From positions 1,440,001-1,504,000 of the forward strand of contig CBDAOB010000005.1 of NCBI GenBank assembly GCA_965197905.1: a DNA stretch of 64,000 bases. The letters run 5' to 3'. How positions within the stretch are numbered: the first letter of the stretch is position 1; every line of letters begins with the position of its first letter. The notes below the pieces were generated by a model. It saw only the letters and a list, made by a program, of their open reading frames with translations, was not told the origin of the DNA and searched no databases. Origin of the DNA: Candidatus Latescibacterota bacterium. Its GTDB lineage: Bacteria; Latescibacterota; UBA2968; UBA8231. Positions 30,326 through 41,117 of this stretch are shown here, piece after piece. The translations under genes were made by a program, and so were the position numbers.

Positions 30326-31381
30326 GAGATTTCTTGACGGTAGAGCTTTGGCAGCGCGAGGTGGTATTCTTCGCCGTTTCTTGTTTTATGCAGATTTTTC
30401 GGATCGAGATCCAGCGTGTCGGGTTGCACGTACGCGCCGCGCAACAGATAGTACAGGAGGCGACTGTGCTTGATTAACAGGGGGAAATCGCTGACGAAAA
30501 CACCAGGCGACGTCCGAAAGTCGTTGAGGAAGAATCCCAGGACGACGACATCCGGCTCCAAATCCAATCCCGTCTCGATCAATATGGCCAACTCTTCTTT
30601 CAGACTGATACCACTGACCCCCGTATTGATCGTCTCCCAGTCGAGTCCCTCGCCACGTGCTCTTGTCTCAATGAGACGCACAAAAGTGTCTTTTTCGTGT
30701 AGGTAGTCTCCAAGCGTAACAGAATCGCCGAGGAAGAGCAGGCGTGTGCCCTGCTTTGGTCCGATTTCCCTGTTGCGATATCCGAGGCTATTGGTCACGA
30801 GCTCGATCTCCCTTCCCCCGCCAGTTCTGTGGTTTTCTATCACCATGTTTAGATTGGCACGAATACGCCGACCGGTTGGGGTGAGAATATATGAATAGCC
30901 TCGCGCCTCCTCTGGGCTTTTTGATACCTTTATGAGAAACCGTTCGCTGTTCTCCAGCTCCCGACGCATGTGCGCATTGACCGCTTTGCGAATACGCACC
31001 GTCTGAGGTGGCGGCATGAGCCAGCGCGTCACGCCTTCAGCTGCCGCCAGGCTCAAAAGACTACTCACCAAAAGCAGAGCAATCTTGGACCATTTCTCTT
31101 TCATATTCAGCTGCTATTCCAGCTGACTCGAGGTCTTGGGGGACTCACGATTCTCTTTGAGAATAAGAAATGGCCGTCCACTTTGCTCCACAGAGATGTT
31201 TTTCCCTCAAGACGGCCCTGTTTCTTCCTCATGGTCACGATCTGCACGCATTCACCGGTTAGAGACAGGTCCATTGCCTTACTTTAGAAAGTGAAGTTCT
31301 AAACAGAGTTGACCAGGGCTACGCCGATTGACCTGCTGGCCGACGCGAACATTCCCGCGACCACGCCTCGCGCCGAAAGGC

Positions 31382-32476
31382 TCACTGGAACAACGCGGCC
31401 TCGATGGTTAGCCCCGGTCCGAACCCCAGCGCCACGCACGGCATGCGGGCCCCCGAGTCCAGTAATTGCTCCAGGATGAACGCCAGAGTGGCCGATGACA
31501 TGTTCCCATGATCTCCGAGGACCTGGCGTGAGACGACAGTCGACTCCGGAGTCAGACCCAGTGCGTTCTCGGCGGCATCTAGAATCCTCGGCCCGCCGGG
31601 ATGAATCGCCCAGGTGGAGACATCACCCCGCGTGAGACCCGACTCGGCGAGCCAAGGGTCCACGTAGGTTGAAAGGTTTGCTTCGATGAGATCCGGGATC
31701 TGCGCCGAGATAGTCATCTGGAACCCATGATCGCCGATGCGCCAAGTCATGGCATCGGCCGAATCTGGCAGCAGGAAAGAGCCGCCGCGCGTCATCGTCC
31801 ACTCGTCGGCTCCCCCGTCCGACCCGGCGGCGAAACGTGCCACGAGGGCGCCCGCGCCATCGGCGAACAGAGAATTCGAGACGATCCGGTCGGCATCCCA
31901 ACCATACTGGAAGTGCAGGGAGCACAGCTCGATCGAGGTCACCAGGATTCGGGCCTCTAGATCTGACCGGGCGATCGCGGCGGAGACGCGCAGCGCATTC
32001 AGCAGAGCGTGGCAACCCATGAAGCCAATCTGCACCCGCTCGACCGTCCGCTCGAGCGACAGGCCGTCGACGAGCTGGCAATCGATTCCGGGCGCGAAGA
32101 AGCCGGTGCACGTTACGGTTATCAGGTGAGTGATCTCGCGCGGATGCACCATGGATTTGCGCAGGGCATCGGAGGCGACCCGAAGCGCCAGCGACCCCGC
32201 GTGCCTTTCGTACCTGCACATTCGGGCTTCGGTGGACGGGCCCCGGTCCTTCGGGCCTGCCCGGAGCGGGTAGAAGTCGTAGTTCATTGACCCGCCGGTC
32301 TCGTCCAGGAGGACGCTGCCCCGCGCCCGAATCCTGGTCCTCTTGTAAAGTACCTTGAGCATCCGCTCCTGCTCCGGGGCGTTCGCCGATAGGGACAGCG
32401 CATGGTCCGCGCTCGCCAGCTGATCGATTGAGTGCGCCGAAGACGCGGAAGCCACCGCCAGTATTCTGAGGGCCAT
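31382..32476 (-). CDS. Type III polyketide synthase
   Basis: GFMGCH (Cys), ELCSLH, WAIHPGG (His), GNMSS (Asn), GFGPG. Confidence 0.95.
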   Translation of the reverse strand: MALRILAVASASSAHSIDQLASADHALSLSANAPEQERMLKVLYKRTRIRARGSVLLDETGGSMNYDFYPLRAGPKDRGPSTEARMCRYERHAGSLALRVASDALRKSMVHPREITHLITVTCTGFFAPGIDCQLVDGLSLERTVERVQIGFMGCHALLNALRVSAAIARSDLEARILVTSIELCSLHFQYGWDADRIVSNSLFADGAGALVARFAAGSDGGADEWTMTRGGSFLLPDSADAMTWRIGDHGFQMTISAQIPDLIEANLSTYVDPWLAESGLTRGDVSTWAIHPGGPRILDAAENALGLTPESTVVSRQVLGDHGNMSSATLAFILEQLLDSGARMPCVALGFGPGLTIEAALFQ

Positions 32477-32479
32477 GCG

Positions 32480-33629
32480 CTAGAGCCTTTCGATAAGGGG
32501 ACGGTTGAAGCTCGCGACGACCGGCCGCGTCCACCCCGGTGCCATTGCTATCATGTGGATCAGCATACTCGTGATCGAGGGCCGACCAAGCAGGTTCCGA
32601 AGGATTCGACAAACGGGCTGGCGTCCTACGATTTTCCGGCGGTGGATCCTCTCCCACTCGACGAGGAGCGATTCGGACCAGCGATCGCGGGCTGCTGCCG
32701 CGAGTGGCGCCACCCGCAGCGCCGAATTCAGTGCCCAGGACATGCCTTCGCCTGTGAAGGGCTCCACGTACCCGGTGGCATCGCCCACCAGGAACATCCG
32801 CCGCCTGGCGTGAATCCTGCGGCGACGCGTCAGGTACGGTGTGCCCCGGATACCCCGGACAATCTCAAACCCCGCCAGAACTCCCTCCCGCTCCAGGATA
32901 CCACGGAGGACCGCTTCCGGCGTCGACCCAACGAGCGCCCTGCGATCGACCGCTGCAGCGACGTCCACAAGCCCATCTTCCAGGCGGACCATGCCCACAT
33001 ATCCCTCAGAGGCCACCGTCATCCGGATCTCACCGACCCGGAGTTCCGATGCCGGCACCGCCGCGAGAACCCCGCGCCCGATCTTCGAGTCCGGTGCGAC
33101 GACCGAGGAGAAGCATGGGTGCCCCCGGAGAAACCCTCCGTCGAGACCATCCGCGGCGAGCACAACGCGTGCATGCACCTTCGAGGGCGGAGTCCCGCCC
33201 GCCCTCGGTTTCAGATCGACGAGCCAGCCTTCCGCCTGCTCCGCACCCAGTCGCGCGAGGGTGGCCGGTCGAAAGACGGTCCCTGCCCGCTGTGCCTCCC
33301 GCACCAGGGCGGCGTCGAGGGCTCGTCGCGAGACCGCGTAGCCCGATGGGAGCGAGATGTGCGCACGCCGCCCGTAGCCGCGAAGATCGAGCGTGTCCAG
33401 TTGGTGGGCACCGAGGCCATCGAGAAGCCCACCCAGCCCCGACTGTTCCAGGGCGTCCAGCGCCGCGCCGTTGAGGCAGCCGCCGCAGACCTTGTCGCGG
33501 GGAAACGTGCACCGGTCAACGAGGAGTACCGACAAGCCCCTGCCCGCTAGCAGTCGCGCCTGCTGGCCCCGCTCCCGCCACGAACGCGTCCCAGTATTCA
33601 CTGGGATTCCCATTCCGCTCAGTTGCCAT
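32480..33629 (-). CDS. FAD-dependent oxidoreductase (frameshift near 33555)
   Basis: WDAFVAGAGPAG lies in a different frame from FPRDKVCGGCL and VGDATGYVEPFTGEGM. Confidence 0.8.
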
Positions 33630-34383
33630 TTGTGCTCTGCGGTGCCCACGACAGCAGCAACCGGTACGGCCAGCGCCGCGTGGAGCGGACGCCCCGAAGG
33701 TCCGCGAGGATCGACATCGCGATCGTCTCTTCGAGCGAGAAGGCAGCCCGTACCGAGAGCAGGGCGTCCGAGTGCACGATCGGCGAGCGGGTGAACGCGC
33801 GACTCGCTACGCCCGCCAAGAGAAGCCCCCGGGTTGATCGCTCCAGGTCATGGACCACGAACCCGCGCCGGGCAGTGCGAGCCATTTCCCGAAACAGCCT
33901 GACCACCTGTCCGTCAGCCAGGTGATGCAGGAAGAGGCTGGACACGAAGTAGTCGTATCCACACGGCAGCGGCCCCTCGAGAATGTCACGGGCGAAGAAT
34001 CGGCACGCCGGAGTCGAGCGGGGGAATTGCCGGTTCGCGAACTCGACAGCGCGACCACTCCTGTCGCAGCCGTCGAACTCGAACGGCATTCCGTCCCGTG
34101 CCGCCAGCGCCGCGAGTCGCCGAGTAATGTCCCCGCTCCCGCACGCGAGGTCCAGCACCCGAACAGGCCCTCCGCCTCCGTTGTGTCTGACCTCCATGCC
34201 CGCCAGCGCAGCCCAGAGCCCATCCGCCGTTCGACTCAGTCGGTTAAGACGTGCCAGCCTCCGTAGCGCCTGGATGTGCGACGAGGCGTCCAGGGCCCGG
34301 TCGTCCATGCGCTCATCGGCCCGCTGCCGGCGTTCAAGTGCCCAGTTGGGCGCCAGCCGATCTCTCCAGCGGACGTTCCTCAT
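33619..34383 (-). CDS. SAM-dependent methyltransferase
   Basis: ERMDD, VLDLACGSGD, SLFLHHL, HDLER. Confidence 0.9.
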   Translation of the reverse strand: MRNVRWRDRLAPNWALERRQRADERMDDRALDASSHIQALRRLARLNRLSRTADGLWAALAGMEVRHNGGGGPVRVLDLACGSGDITRRLAALAARDGMPFEFDGCDRSGRAVEFANRQFPRSTPACRFFARDILEGPLPCGYDYFVSSLFLHHLADGQVVRLFREMARTARRGFVVHDLERSTRGLLLAGVASRAFTRSPIVHSDALLSVRAAFSLEETIAMSILADLRGVRSTRRWPYRLLLSWAPQSTNGN

Positions 34384-34586
34384 GCGCTGCCGGCCTCCAG
34401 TGTTTCGCGCGACACACAGACTCCTCAGAATTGGTTGGATCATAGAATGATCAAAGTACCAAGTCTGTAGGGCAGATTCAATTAGGGAATTACTATATTC
34501 CAGGAGTGCTTGTAAGAAAACCATTTTGCGGGACGACACGTGGATGTGTTTATCAGCGAGAACAAACTACGTACAAGGAGGCCAAA

Positions 34587-35348
34587 ATGAGATTGATGCT
34601 GGCGGGGTGCGAGTACTCTGGAACGACGACTCTGTCCTACGCGATAACAAAGTGGGCCAGGGAAAATATGGGCGCGCGCATCGGCTTTCACGACCACTGG
34701 AAGCTACCGCATATCAACCACCCACCAATCCACACGCAGGCGGCTTTGGACGAGGTATTCGAGGCATGGTCCGAGGGACGGGGAGAGGATCCTACCTATT
34801 CAGGCCTGACTCCGCATGAGCAGGAGCTCTTCAACGCCCTGACTCCGACGATAAAGGAGTGCTTTCAGCGATACCATAGGGAGTACCACATAAGTCAGGA
34901 CTTCTACGCTCAGCCGGACCACAACCTGATCGGGATGCACTATGATGAAGCTGTGTACGCGCCGCTGTACTACGGCTATGGAGGGCCAGGCCAGTATGCC
35001 GATCGGGAGCTAGTCGCCCGTCATACTGAGGAAGCGATTATGAAGGCTGCGCCCGATACTGTGCTCGTCCTGCTGAAGGCGCCGCCCGAAGTCATTGCCG
35101 GGCGGATGAAGGAATCCCCCCACCCTCATGCCGTAGTTCAGGAGAAGGACATTGAATACGTGCAGGAGAGGTTTGAGGACCAGTACGAGAGGTCGCTAAT
35201 AGGGAGCAAGTTCACAGTCGACACCGGCACACCGACTATTGAGGAGTCGCTATCGGAGTTCGTCAGCAAGTATGAGCCGCTTTTGATCGACACCGACCGT
35301 ACGCGAATACTGGTCCACAAGGCTAGGCAGAGGGGTGAATGGGTCTAA
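34587..35348 (+). CDS. Hypothetical protein, nucleotide-kinase-like P-loop fold
   Basis: AAGGAGG RBS; AGCEYSGTTT; PDTVLVLLKAPPEVIAGR. Confidence 0.65.
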   Translation: MRLMLAGCEYSGTTTLSYAITKWARENMGARIGFHDHWKLPHINHPPIHTQAALDEVFEAWSEGRGEDPTYSGLTPHEQELFNALTPTIKECFQRYHREYHISQDFYAQPDHNLIGMHYDEAVYAPLYYGYGGPGQYADRELVARHTEEAIMKAAPDTVLVLLKAPPEVIAGRMKESPHPHAVVQEKDIEYVQERFEDQYERSLIGSKFTVDTGTPTIEESLSEFVSKYEPLLIDTDRTRILVHKARQRGEWV

Positions 35349-35712
35349 CTGGCTCAAGCGAGAAGGGAGGGATATGACAATGGCAAGCACTTCTGAGCTA
35401 GCGAGAGCCCTTTCTCTTCACCACACGACACTCCGTCGCTGCTGGGCAATCTCTGGAGAATGTCGTTCGCATGAGATAAGGCGGTGTAGTGTCGAGTATG
35501 ACCGCGAGCCAATACCATCTGATTGTCTCTACGAACGGATGGATCTGGAACAACGACCGCAGCACCGACGAGATTCTCGACTGGTTGCGGTCCCGAGATC
35601 CGGCGGAGCGCGAAGAGATCGACATCAGTGCTACCGATTCGGTCATCCACTTTAGGATTAACTCGAAGCTACGCTGCACCTCGAATCAAGTCGCCTGAAT
35701 CAAGATTGAGAC

Positions 35713-37314
35713 ATGAGTGACGCTGCCGTCCCCACCTTCTACGGCCGCCTGAAGGATGTGAACACCACGAACATCGGGGCCGCGATCCGGTTGGGGTGCC
35801 AGACGATGCAAAGTGTGTTCAACGCCGATGACAACGACATTCCCTTCTTCGGTTCATCGGTTCGGCCGCAGGCACACTTATCGTTTTGTGATTCGGCCAG
35901 CGAGCGCCACGTCCCTGGGCGGCATTTGAACGCACTACTGAATGCCGAGGATGCGGTGGGAGTCGAGCTGGACGAATCGGCCGTGCAGAAGCACGCGCAT
36001 GCGGCGTATTTCTCGTTCAGCGGTCCGTTGGTCGCGCCATTAAATCGGAAGCGTATTGACGGGCCGCTATGCCGGTTCGACACGCACAGTTTGCGTGAAG
36101 GTATGCACGCGCTTTATGCCTTGGTGAAGTACCGCGGAGACGAGCGTGCGCACGAGCTGGCTGAGGCGTGTATCGCCACCGTCCTGGAGCTTTGGACGCC
36201 TCAATACGGCTGGGACATCGCACGCTGCCGCGACAAGTACGGCCTGGAACCGGAGGAACAAACCTTGATCAGCGGATTGGCGCGGGTCCTGGGTCCGCTG
36301 GTCAAGTATTTCCGCGTCACGCACTCTGACGCTGCGCTGGAATTAGCGCTGATACTGAAAGAAACCCTGCTGGCCGACGCGTTCGTTGCAGACGGTTATT
36401 ACGACCGCCAGGTGCACGGCACACACACACACTCGACTACGTGCGTGATGTCGTCGCTGGCTCAATTGGCTGAGTTGACGAGTGACTCGGCGTTGCTGCA
36501 ACGGATCAAGGTGTTCTACGATCGCGGCCTGCCTCAGTTCAGCGACCAATTGGGCTGGGTTATTGAGAACAGCGACCTGGAGCGCGAAGACATCAACACA
36601 GATCGGGGCGAAGTCAACAACACGGGTGATATCGTCGAGACGGCCTTGATCCTGGCTCGATGGGGTTATATCGAGTACTTCGAGGCAGCGGAGCGGATCC
36701 TGAGGTGCCATTTGCTTCCGTCACAGTTGCGTGACACCGCGTTCATCGTCGACCCGCCGAACCCGGACAATTTGGACGGGCTGGGTAATGTGGCCGACCG
36801 GCATCGGGGGGCGGTCGGCGGACCCGCACCCTACGGGCACCAGCCGCTCGGCCGCGAGCAGATCAACTTCAACATGGACATTGTGGGTGGGGCCGTGGGG
36901 TCCCTGTGCGAGGCGTATCGGGACGCGACTCTTTTCGTCGACACGGGGCATCACGTTAACCTGCTGTTCGATCACGAGACGGAAGCCATCAAGGTCGAGT
37001 CTAATTACACCCACACGACGGTGCGGGTGACGCTCAAGCGGCCGGGGCCTTTGTGGGTGCGAATTCCGTCGTGGGTGGGGCGGGATCAGATGGAGGTGCA
37101 AGGTGCCGCCGGTCCGCGTTTCGTCAGCTCAACGCTGTTTGTCGCCCACCAACCGGTCGGCCAGCCGTTGACGCTGGGTTATGAACTTCCGACCCGCAAC
37201 GTCGTGCTGCGCCATCGCACACGTGACATCCGCGTGCGCCTTTGTGGTGATGCAGTGGAGGCAATGGACAACTTCGGGACCGATTTGACCTACTTCAATC
37301 CACTGCCGGACTGA
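35713..37314 (+). CDS. Hypothetical protein, possibly GH127-like
   Basis: Long intact ORF; GEVNNTGD, LWVRIPSW; family assignment tentative. Confidence 0.55.
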   Translation: MSDAAVPTFYGRLKDVNTTNIGAAIRLGCQTMQSVFNADDNDIPFFGSSVRPQAHLSFCDSASERHVPGRHLNALLNAEDAVGVELDESAVQKHAHAAYFSFSGPLVAPLNRKRIDGPLCRFDTHSLREGMHALYALVKYRGDERAHELAEACIATVLELWTPQYGWDIARCRDKYGLEPEEQTLISGLARVLGPLVKYFRVTHSDAALELALILKETLLADAFVADGYYDRQVHGTHTHSTTCVMSSLAQLAELTSDSALLQRIKVFYDRGLPQFSDQLGWVIENSDLEREDINTDRGEVNNTGDIVETALILARWGYIEYFEAAERILRCHLLPSQLRDTAFIVDPPNPDNLDGLGNVADRHRGAVGGPAPYGHQPLGREQINFNMDIVGGAVGSLCEAYRDATLFVDTGHHVNLLFDHETEAIKVESNYTHTTVRVTLKRPGPLWVRIPSWVGRDQMEVQGAAGPRFVSSTLFVAHQPVGQPLTLGYELPTRNVVLRHRTRDIRVRLCGDAVEAMDNFGTDLTYFNPLPD

Positions 37315-37348
37315 GTTGCATGGCAAGCTCCTTCCGGCGGGTGCGCCG

Positions 37349-38164
37349 CTAGTCACCTCGATGGATGGATAGAATTACATAACCTCCAGACCGTTTGTCC
37401 ATTTCCATTCTTAAAAGGCCGCGCTCTTCTGCCTCCTCCAAAAGGTCGCTGAATGACCGAAAGCCGTAGTTGCTCTCATTGAAGCCCGGTCGGCGACGTT
37501 TTAGCGTCTGCTTGATCATCGAACCCCAAACTCGATCCTCTTGCTCTCCGAACAGTCCCTCCGCCGTTTCCATGACAAGCTCGATCGCTTCCTCTTGTTT
37601 CTCCAGCTCGTCAACGCGTTCGTCTGAAGTTGTCGTCTTTTTCGCTTTGGCGGGCTGCTTACGCCGTGATTTTGTCGTGTCCTTGGCCCGCACAAGATCG
37701 TCGTAAAAGAGAAATTCATCACAGTTATTCATCAACAATTCGGAGGTACTATTCTTCGCACCAACGCCTATCACCAGCTTTGCATTTTCACGTAACTTGC
37801 TTACCAATGGCGAAAAATCAGAGTCGCCGCTGATGATCACAAAGGTATCGATGTGATCCTTCGTGTAGCAAAGATCCAATGCATCGACGACCATACGTAT
37901 ATCAGCGGAATTCTTCCCGGATTGTCGTGTATGAGGAATTTCAATCAATTCGAACGCCGCGTCATGCATGACGGGCTTGAAGTCCTTGTACCGTTCCCAA
38001 TCGCAGTAGGCCTTTTTTACGACGATGTTTCCCTTCAACAAGAGCCGCTCCAGTACGAGCTGCATATCGAACTCTGGAAATTTCGCGTCGCGAACACCGA
38101 GCGCGACGTTTTCGAAATCGCAGAATAGGGCCAGGTTGTTTTCAAGTTCCCTATTGTTGGACAT
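37349..38164 (-). CDS. NYN domain protein (LabA/DUF88) with C-terminal OST-HTH
   Basis: LFCDFEN, GKNSADIRMVVDA, ISGDSDFSPL, FNESNYGFRSFSDLL. Confidence 0.92.
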   Translation of the reverse strand: MSNNRELENNLALFCDFENVALGVRDAKFPEFDMQLVLERLLLKGNIVVKKAYCDWERYKDFKPVMHDAAFELIEIPHTRQSGKNSADIRMVVDALDLCYTKDHIDTFVIISGDSDFSPLVSKLRENAKLVIGVGAKNSTSELLMNNCDEFLFYDDLVRAKDTTKSRRKQPAKAKKTTTSDERVDELEKQEEAIELVMETAEGLFGEQEDRVWGSMIKQTLKRRRPGFNESNYGFRSFSDLLEEAEERGLLRMEMDKRSGGYVILSIHRGD

Positions 38165-38399
38165 AGATGGATCCCTTCTACGCCGCGGACTCAAACATCG
38201 CAAGTTTCCGCGAGCAATGGTGGTTGCAAGGATGTTGAGCAAATCGAACGATGAATAGTCGGGTCGTGAGGCACGATATGACTAAACATCTACCTGAAGC
38301 CGACAACCCGAATATAGTTCGAGACATACCGCCGGCGCCATGTGCAATGCCCGCTCTGTGCTCGGATTATTCTCATTGTCGTAAAGGGACGTATATTAT

Positions 38400-38566
38400 T
38401 CAGGTCAGGAGGCAGGTGCTCCAGGGCGGATTCTCATCCTGGCGTCCACCGAGCGACCTGGGATGGGATCGATACGCAGGGCAATGACGTAGCTACGCGG
38501 GTATACCTTGCCCAGCTTCGCGCAGGCTCGCGGTCGCAGATCCGCAAAATGCTGCTGCTGCGTTGA
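38400..38566 (+). pseudogene. Orphan FlgD-Ig/T9SS-like C-terminal tail remnant
   Basis: PGVHRATWDGIDTQGNDVATRVYLAQL..RKMLLLR with no upstream body. Confidence 0.55.
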
Positions 38567-38675
38567 ACTTATTTGGACCCTCAGGTATCGAAATCGCGAA
38601 CCGTTTTGACTCGTCGATGATTCGGATGCCGGCTGTGCATCCGGAGTCTTCCGACACAACCAGGGAGTATCCTAC

Positions 38676-39440
38676 ATGGACTCAGTCGTACTCGGCAACA
38701 CCGGTATAGAGGTTTCTCGCTTGTGTTTCGGCACGGGGACTTCGGGGTGGGATGGCGCGTCGGACCAGACCAGGTTGGGTACGCGTGAACTCGCCGACCT
38801 CCTGATCTACGCCCAAAGCAAGGGTGTAACTTTTTGGGATTTGGCTGATCAGTACGGTAGCCATCCGAACGCTGCGTTGGCGTTGCAGCAAGTAAACCGC
38901 TCGGACGTCGTCCTGACCAGCAAGACCTGCGCCAAGACTAGAGCGGAAGCGACGGCCGATATCGATCGGTTCCTCGGAGAAGCCAAAACCGACTACGTCG
39001 ACATCGTGCTCATGCACTGCCTCACGGTGAGCGACTGGCCTGAGCGTTTCGCCGGGGTCATGGAGGCGCTGTCCGACGCGAAGGAATCCGGCAGGATTCG
39101 TGCTCACGGTGTTTCCTGCCACGATTTCGATGCGTTTGAAGCCGCCTCGAACAACCCATGGGTGGATGTGGTGCTCGCCCGCATCAACTACGGGGGACAC
39201 CATATGGACGGCCCGCCGGAAAAGATAATCCCGGTGCTGGAGCGGATGGATCGCAATGGCAAGGGTGTGTACGGCATGAAGGTGGTTGGGCAGGGGAGGC
39301 TGGGCAAGGATGCACGCAACGCGATCCACTTCGTCTTGGATCTGCCGTGTGTGCATGCCATCACTATAGGTATGGTAAGCCGAGCAGAAGTAGATGAGAA
39401 CGTTGGTTGGGTGGAGGAGCACCAGTTGGTGCCGGCTTGA
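38676..39440 (+). CDS. Aldo/keto reductase
   Basis: LGNTGIEVSRLCFGT, DLADQYG, TDYVDIVLMH, GRIRAHGVS. Confidence 0.92.
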   Translation: MDSVVLGNTGIEVSRLCFGTGTSGWDGASDQTRLGTRELADLLIYAQSKGVTFWDLADQYGSHPNAALALQQVNRSDVVLTSKTCAKTRAEATADIDRFLGEAKTDYVDIVLMHCLTVSDWPERFAGVMEALSDAKESGRIRAHGVSCHDFDAFEAASNNPWVDVVLARINYGGHHMDGPPEKIIPVLERMDRNGKGVYGMKVVGQGRLGKDARNAIHFVLDLPCVHAITIGMVSRAEVDENVGWVEEHQLVPA

Positions 39441-39464
39441 TCCAAGGCTAGGGTTCCCCAACAT

Positions 39465-41117
39465 ATGCGCGTCAGGATCGATCTTAAGACCCCCATGCGT
39501 GACGGGGTGGAGCTTGCCGCCGATCTGTATTATCCCGAGCACGGCGAGCGGTTCCCGGTTCTACTCTTGCGCTCGCCCTACAGCACTCAATTCCCGCGGT
39601 ATATGCAGTGGATGAAACGCTTCGTCGGTGCGGGGTATGCGGTGTTTATGCAGGACTGTCGTGGACGGTATAAGTCGGAGGGCAAGTGGCGTCCCTATGT
39701 GGACGAGACCAATGACGGTTACGACACGCAGGAATGGATCGGGATACAGCCGTGGTGCGACGGTCATATCGGAATGTTTGGCAGTTCCTATCCTGGTTTC
39801 ACCCAGATCCTGCCGGCGACGCAGCGCAGCTCTTTCGTAAAGGGGCTCGTCCCCATGGCAAATCAGGAGGACAACTATGGCCACCTCCGGTGCGACGGGG
39901 TCCTACAATTACAAAACACGGTGAATTTCGTCTGGCTCGGCGACCGACTTAGACAGGAGGTGACCGGCGAGTTCTGCGAGCTGGAGGAGATTTATCGGCG
40001 ATTGCCACTGCAAACGGCCCTGGATGATCTGGCCGATCGACCGTTTTACCGGGAGGTGGTGCGTCACCCCAACTTTGATGATTTCTGGAAGTCCTACAGC
40101 ATGAAGGGCCGTTATCCCGAAGTAGACGTGCCGGCGTATTTCGTTACCGGCTGGTACGACAATCTGGTGCACGAAGGTTTCAAGTGTTTCACGGGCTGGA
40201 AGAGCCAAGCAGGGAACGAGGAAGCGCGGCGGCTGAGTCGCATGCTGATCGGTCCCTGGACCCATGGCCACATCGGCAGCGGGGAACGGTTTGGAGACAT
40301 CGAGTTTGGACCCGACGCCGAAACAGATATTCCGGGATTGCATCTGCGTTGGTACGATCAACGGATCCGCGGGTTGCACACGGGCATCGACGATGAGCCG
40401 CCGGTGCGCATCTTTGTAATGGGAGAGAACGTGTGGCGCAGCGAGAATGAGTGGCCGCTGGCGCGAACCCAGTTTACACGCTTCCATCTTCATAGCCGTG
40501 GTGGGGCGAATTCGTTGTTTGGTGATGGTGAGTTGACCATGGAAGTGCCGGGCAGTGAGCCCCCGGATCGTTTTGTTTATGATCCGGAAGATCCGGTGCC
40601 CACTCTCGGAGGACAGAGCATGTTTGCCGAGAGCACGGGCCCCCGGGATCGCCGTCCGGTTGAGCGCCGTGACGACGTGCTGGTTTACACGACGGCGCCG
40701 CTGACCTCCGATGTAGAGGTTACCGGCCCGGTTGAGCTGACGCTCTACGCCGCTTCCAGCGCTCCCGACACCGATTTTACCGCGACGCTTGTTGATGTGC
40801 ATCCAGGTGGCAAAGCGATCAACATCAGTGAAGGCATCGCGCGCGCGCGATTTCGCGAATCGTTCGAGGTGCCGACCGTGATCGAACCCGGTTCCACCTA
40901 CCGGTACCGAATCGAGATATGGGAGACCAGCAATCTCTTCAAGGCCGGACATCGCCTCCGCGTCGAGGTTTCCAGCAGCAACTTCCCCCGATTCGATCGT
41001 AACTTGAATACCGGACGAGACGGGGGAACCGATAGTATATTAGCGACGGCCGAGCAGACCATTTTTCACGACCATGAGCATCCCTCGCACGTAACCTTGC
41101 CGATCATTCCACGATGA
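39465..41117 (+). CDS. CocE/NonD family hydrolase
   Basis: MRDGVELAADLY, GSSYPG, GWYD, GPWTH, SSSNFPRFDRN. Confidence 0.93.
   Translation: MRVRIDLKTPMRDGVELAADLYYPEHGERFPVLLLRSPYSTQFPRYMQWMKRFVGAGYAVFMQDCRGRYKSEGKWRPYVDETNDGYDTQEWIGIQPWCDGHIGMFGSSYPGFTQILPATQRSSFVKGLVPMANQEDNYGHLRCDGVLQLQNTVNFVWLGDRLRQEVTGEFCELEEIYRRLPLQTALDDLADRPFYREVVRHPNFDDFWKSYSMKGRYPEVDVPAYFVTGWYDNLVHEGFKCFTGWKSQAGNEEARRLSRMLIGPWTHGHIGSGERFGDIEFGPDAETDIPGLHLRWYDQRIRGLHTGIDDEPPVRIFVMGENVWRSENEWPLARTQFTRFHLHSRGGANSLFGDGELTMEVPGSEPPDRFVYDPEDPVPTLGGQSMFAESTGPRDRRPVERRDDVLVYTTAPLTSDVEVTGPVELTLYAASSAPDTDFTATLVDVHPGGKAINISEGIARARFRESFEVPTVIEPGSTYRYRIEIWETSNLFKAGHRLRVEVSSSNFPRFDRNLNTGRDGGTDSILATAEQTIFHDHEHPSHVTLPIIPR

Larger units (their letters stand above)
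29154..31104 (-). pseudogene. SGNH/GDSL hydrolase-family gene split by an IS remnant
   Basis: N-part 30325-31104 (FLGDSVTLG, NTGVSG, FLND); C-part 29154-29485 (LFYDHAHQTPAGN). Confidence 0.8.

Noticed and set aside
35335..35720. Short overlapping ORFs
   Set aside because: No recognisable motif; possibly a remnant but unsupported
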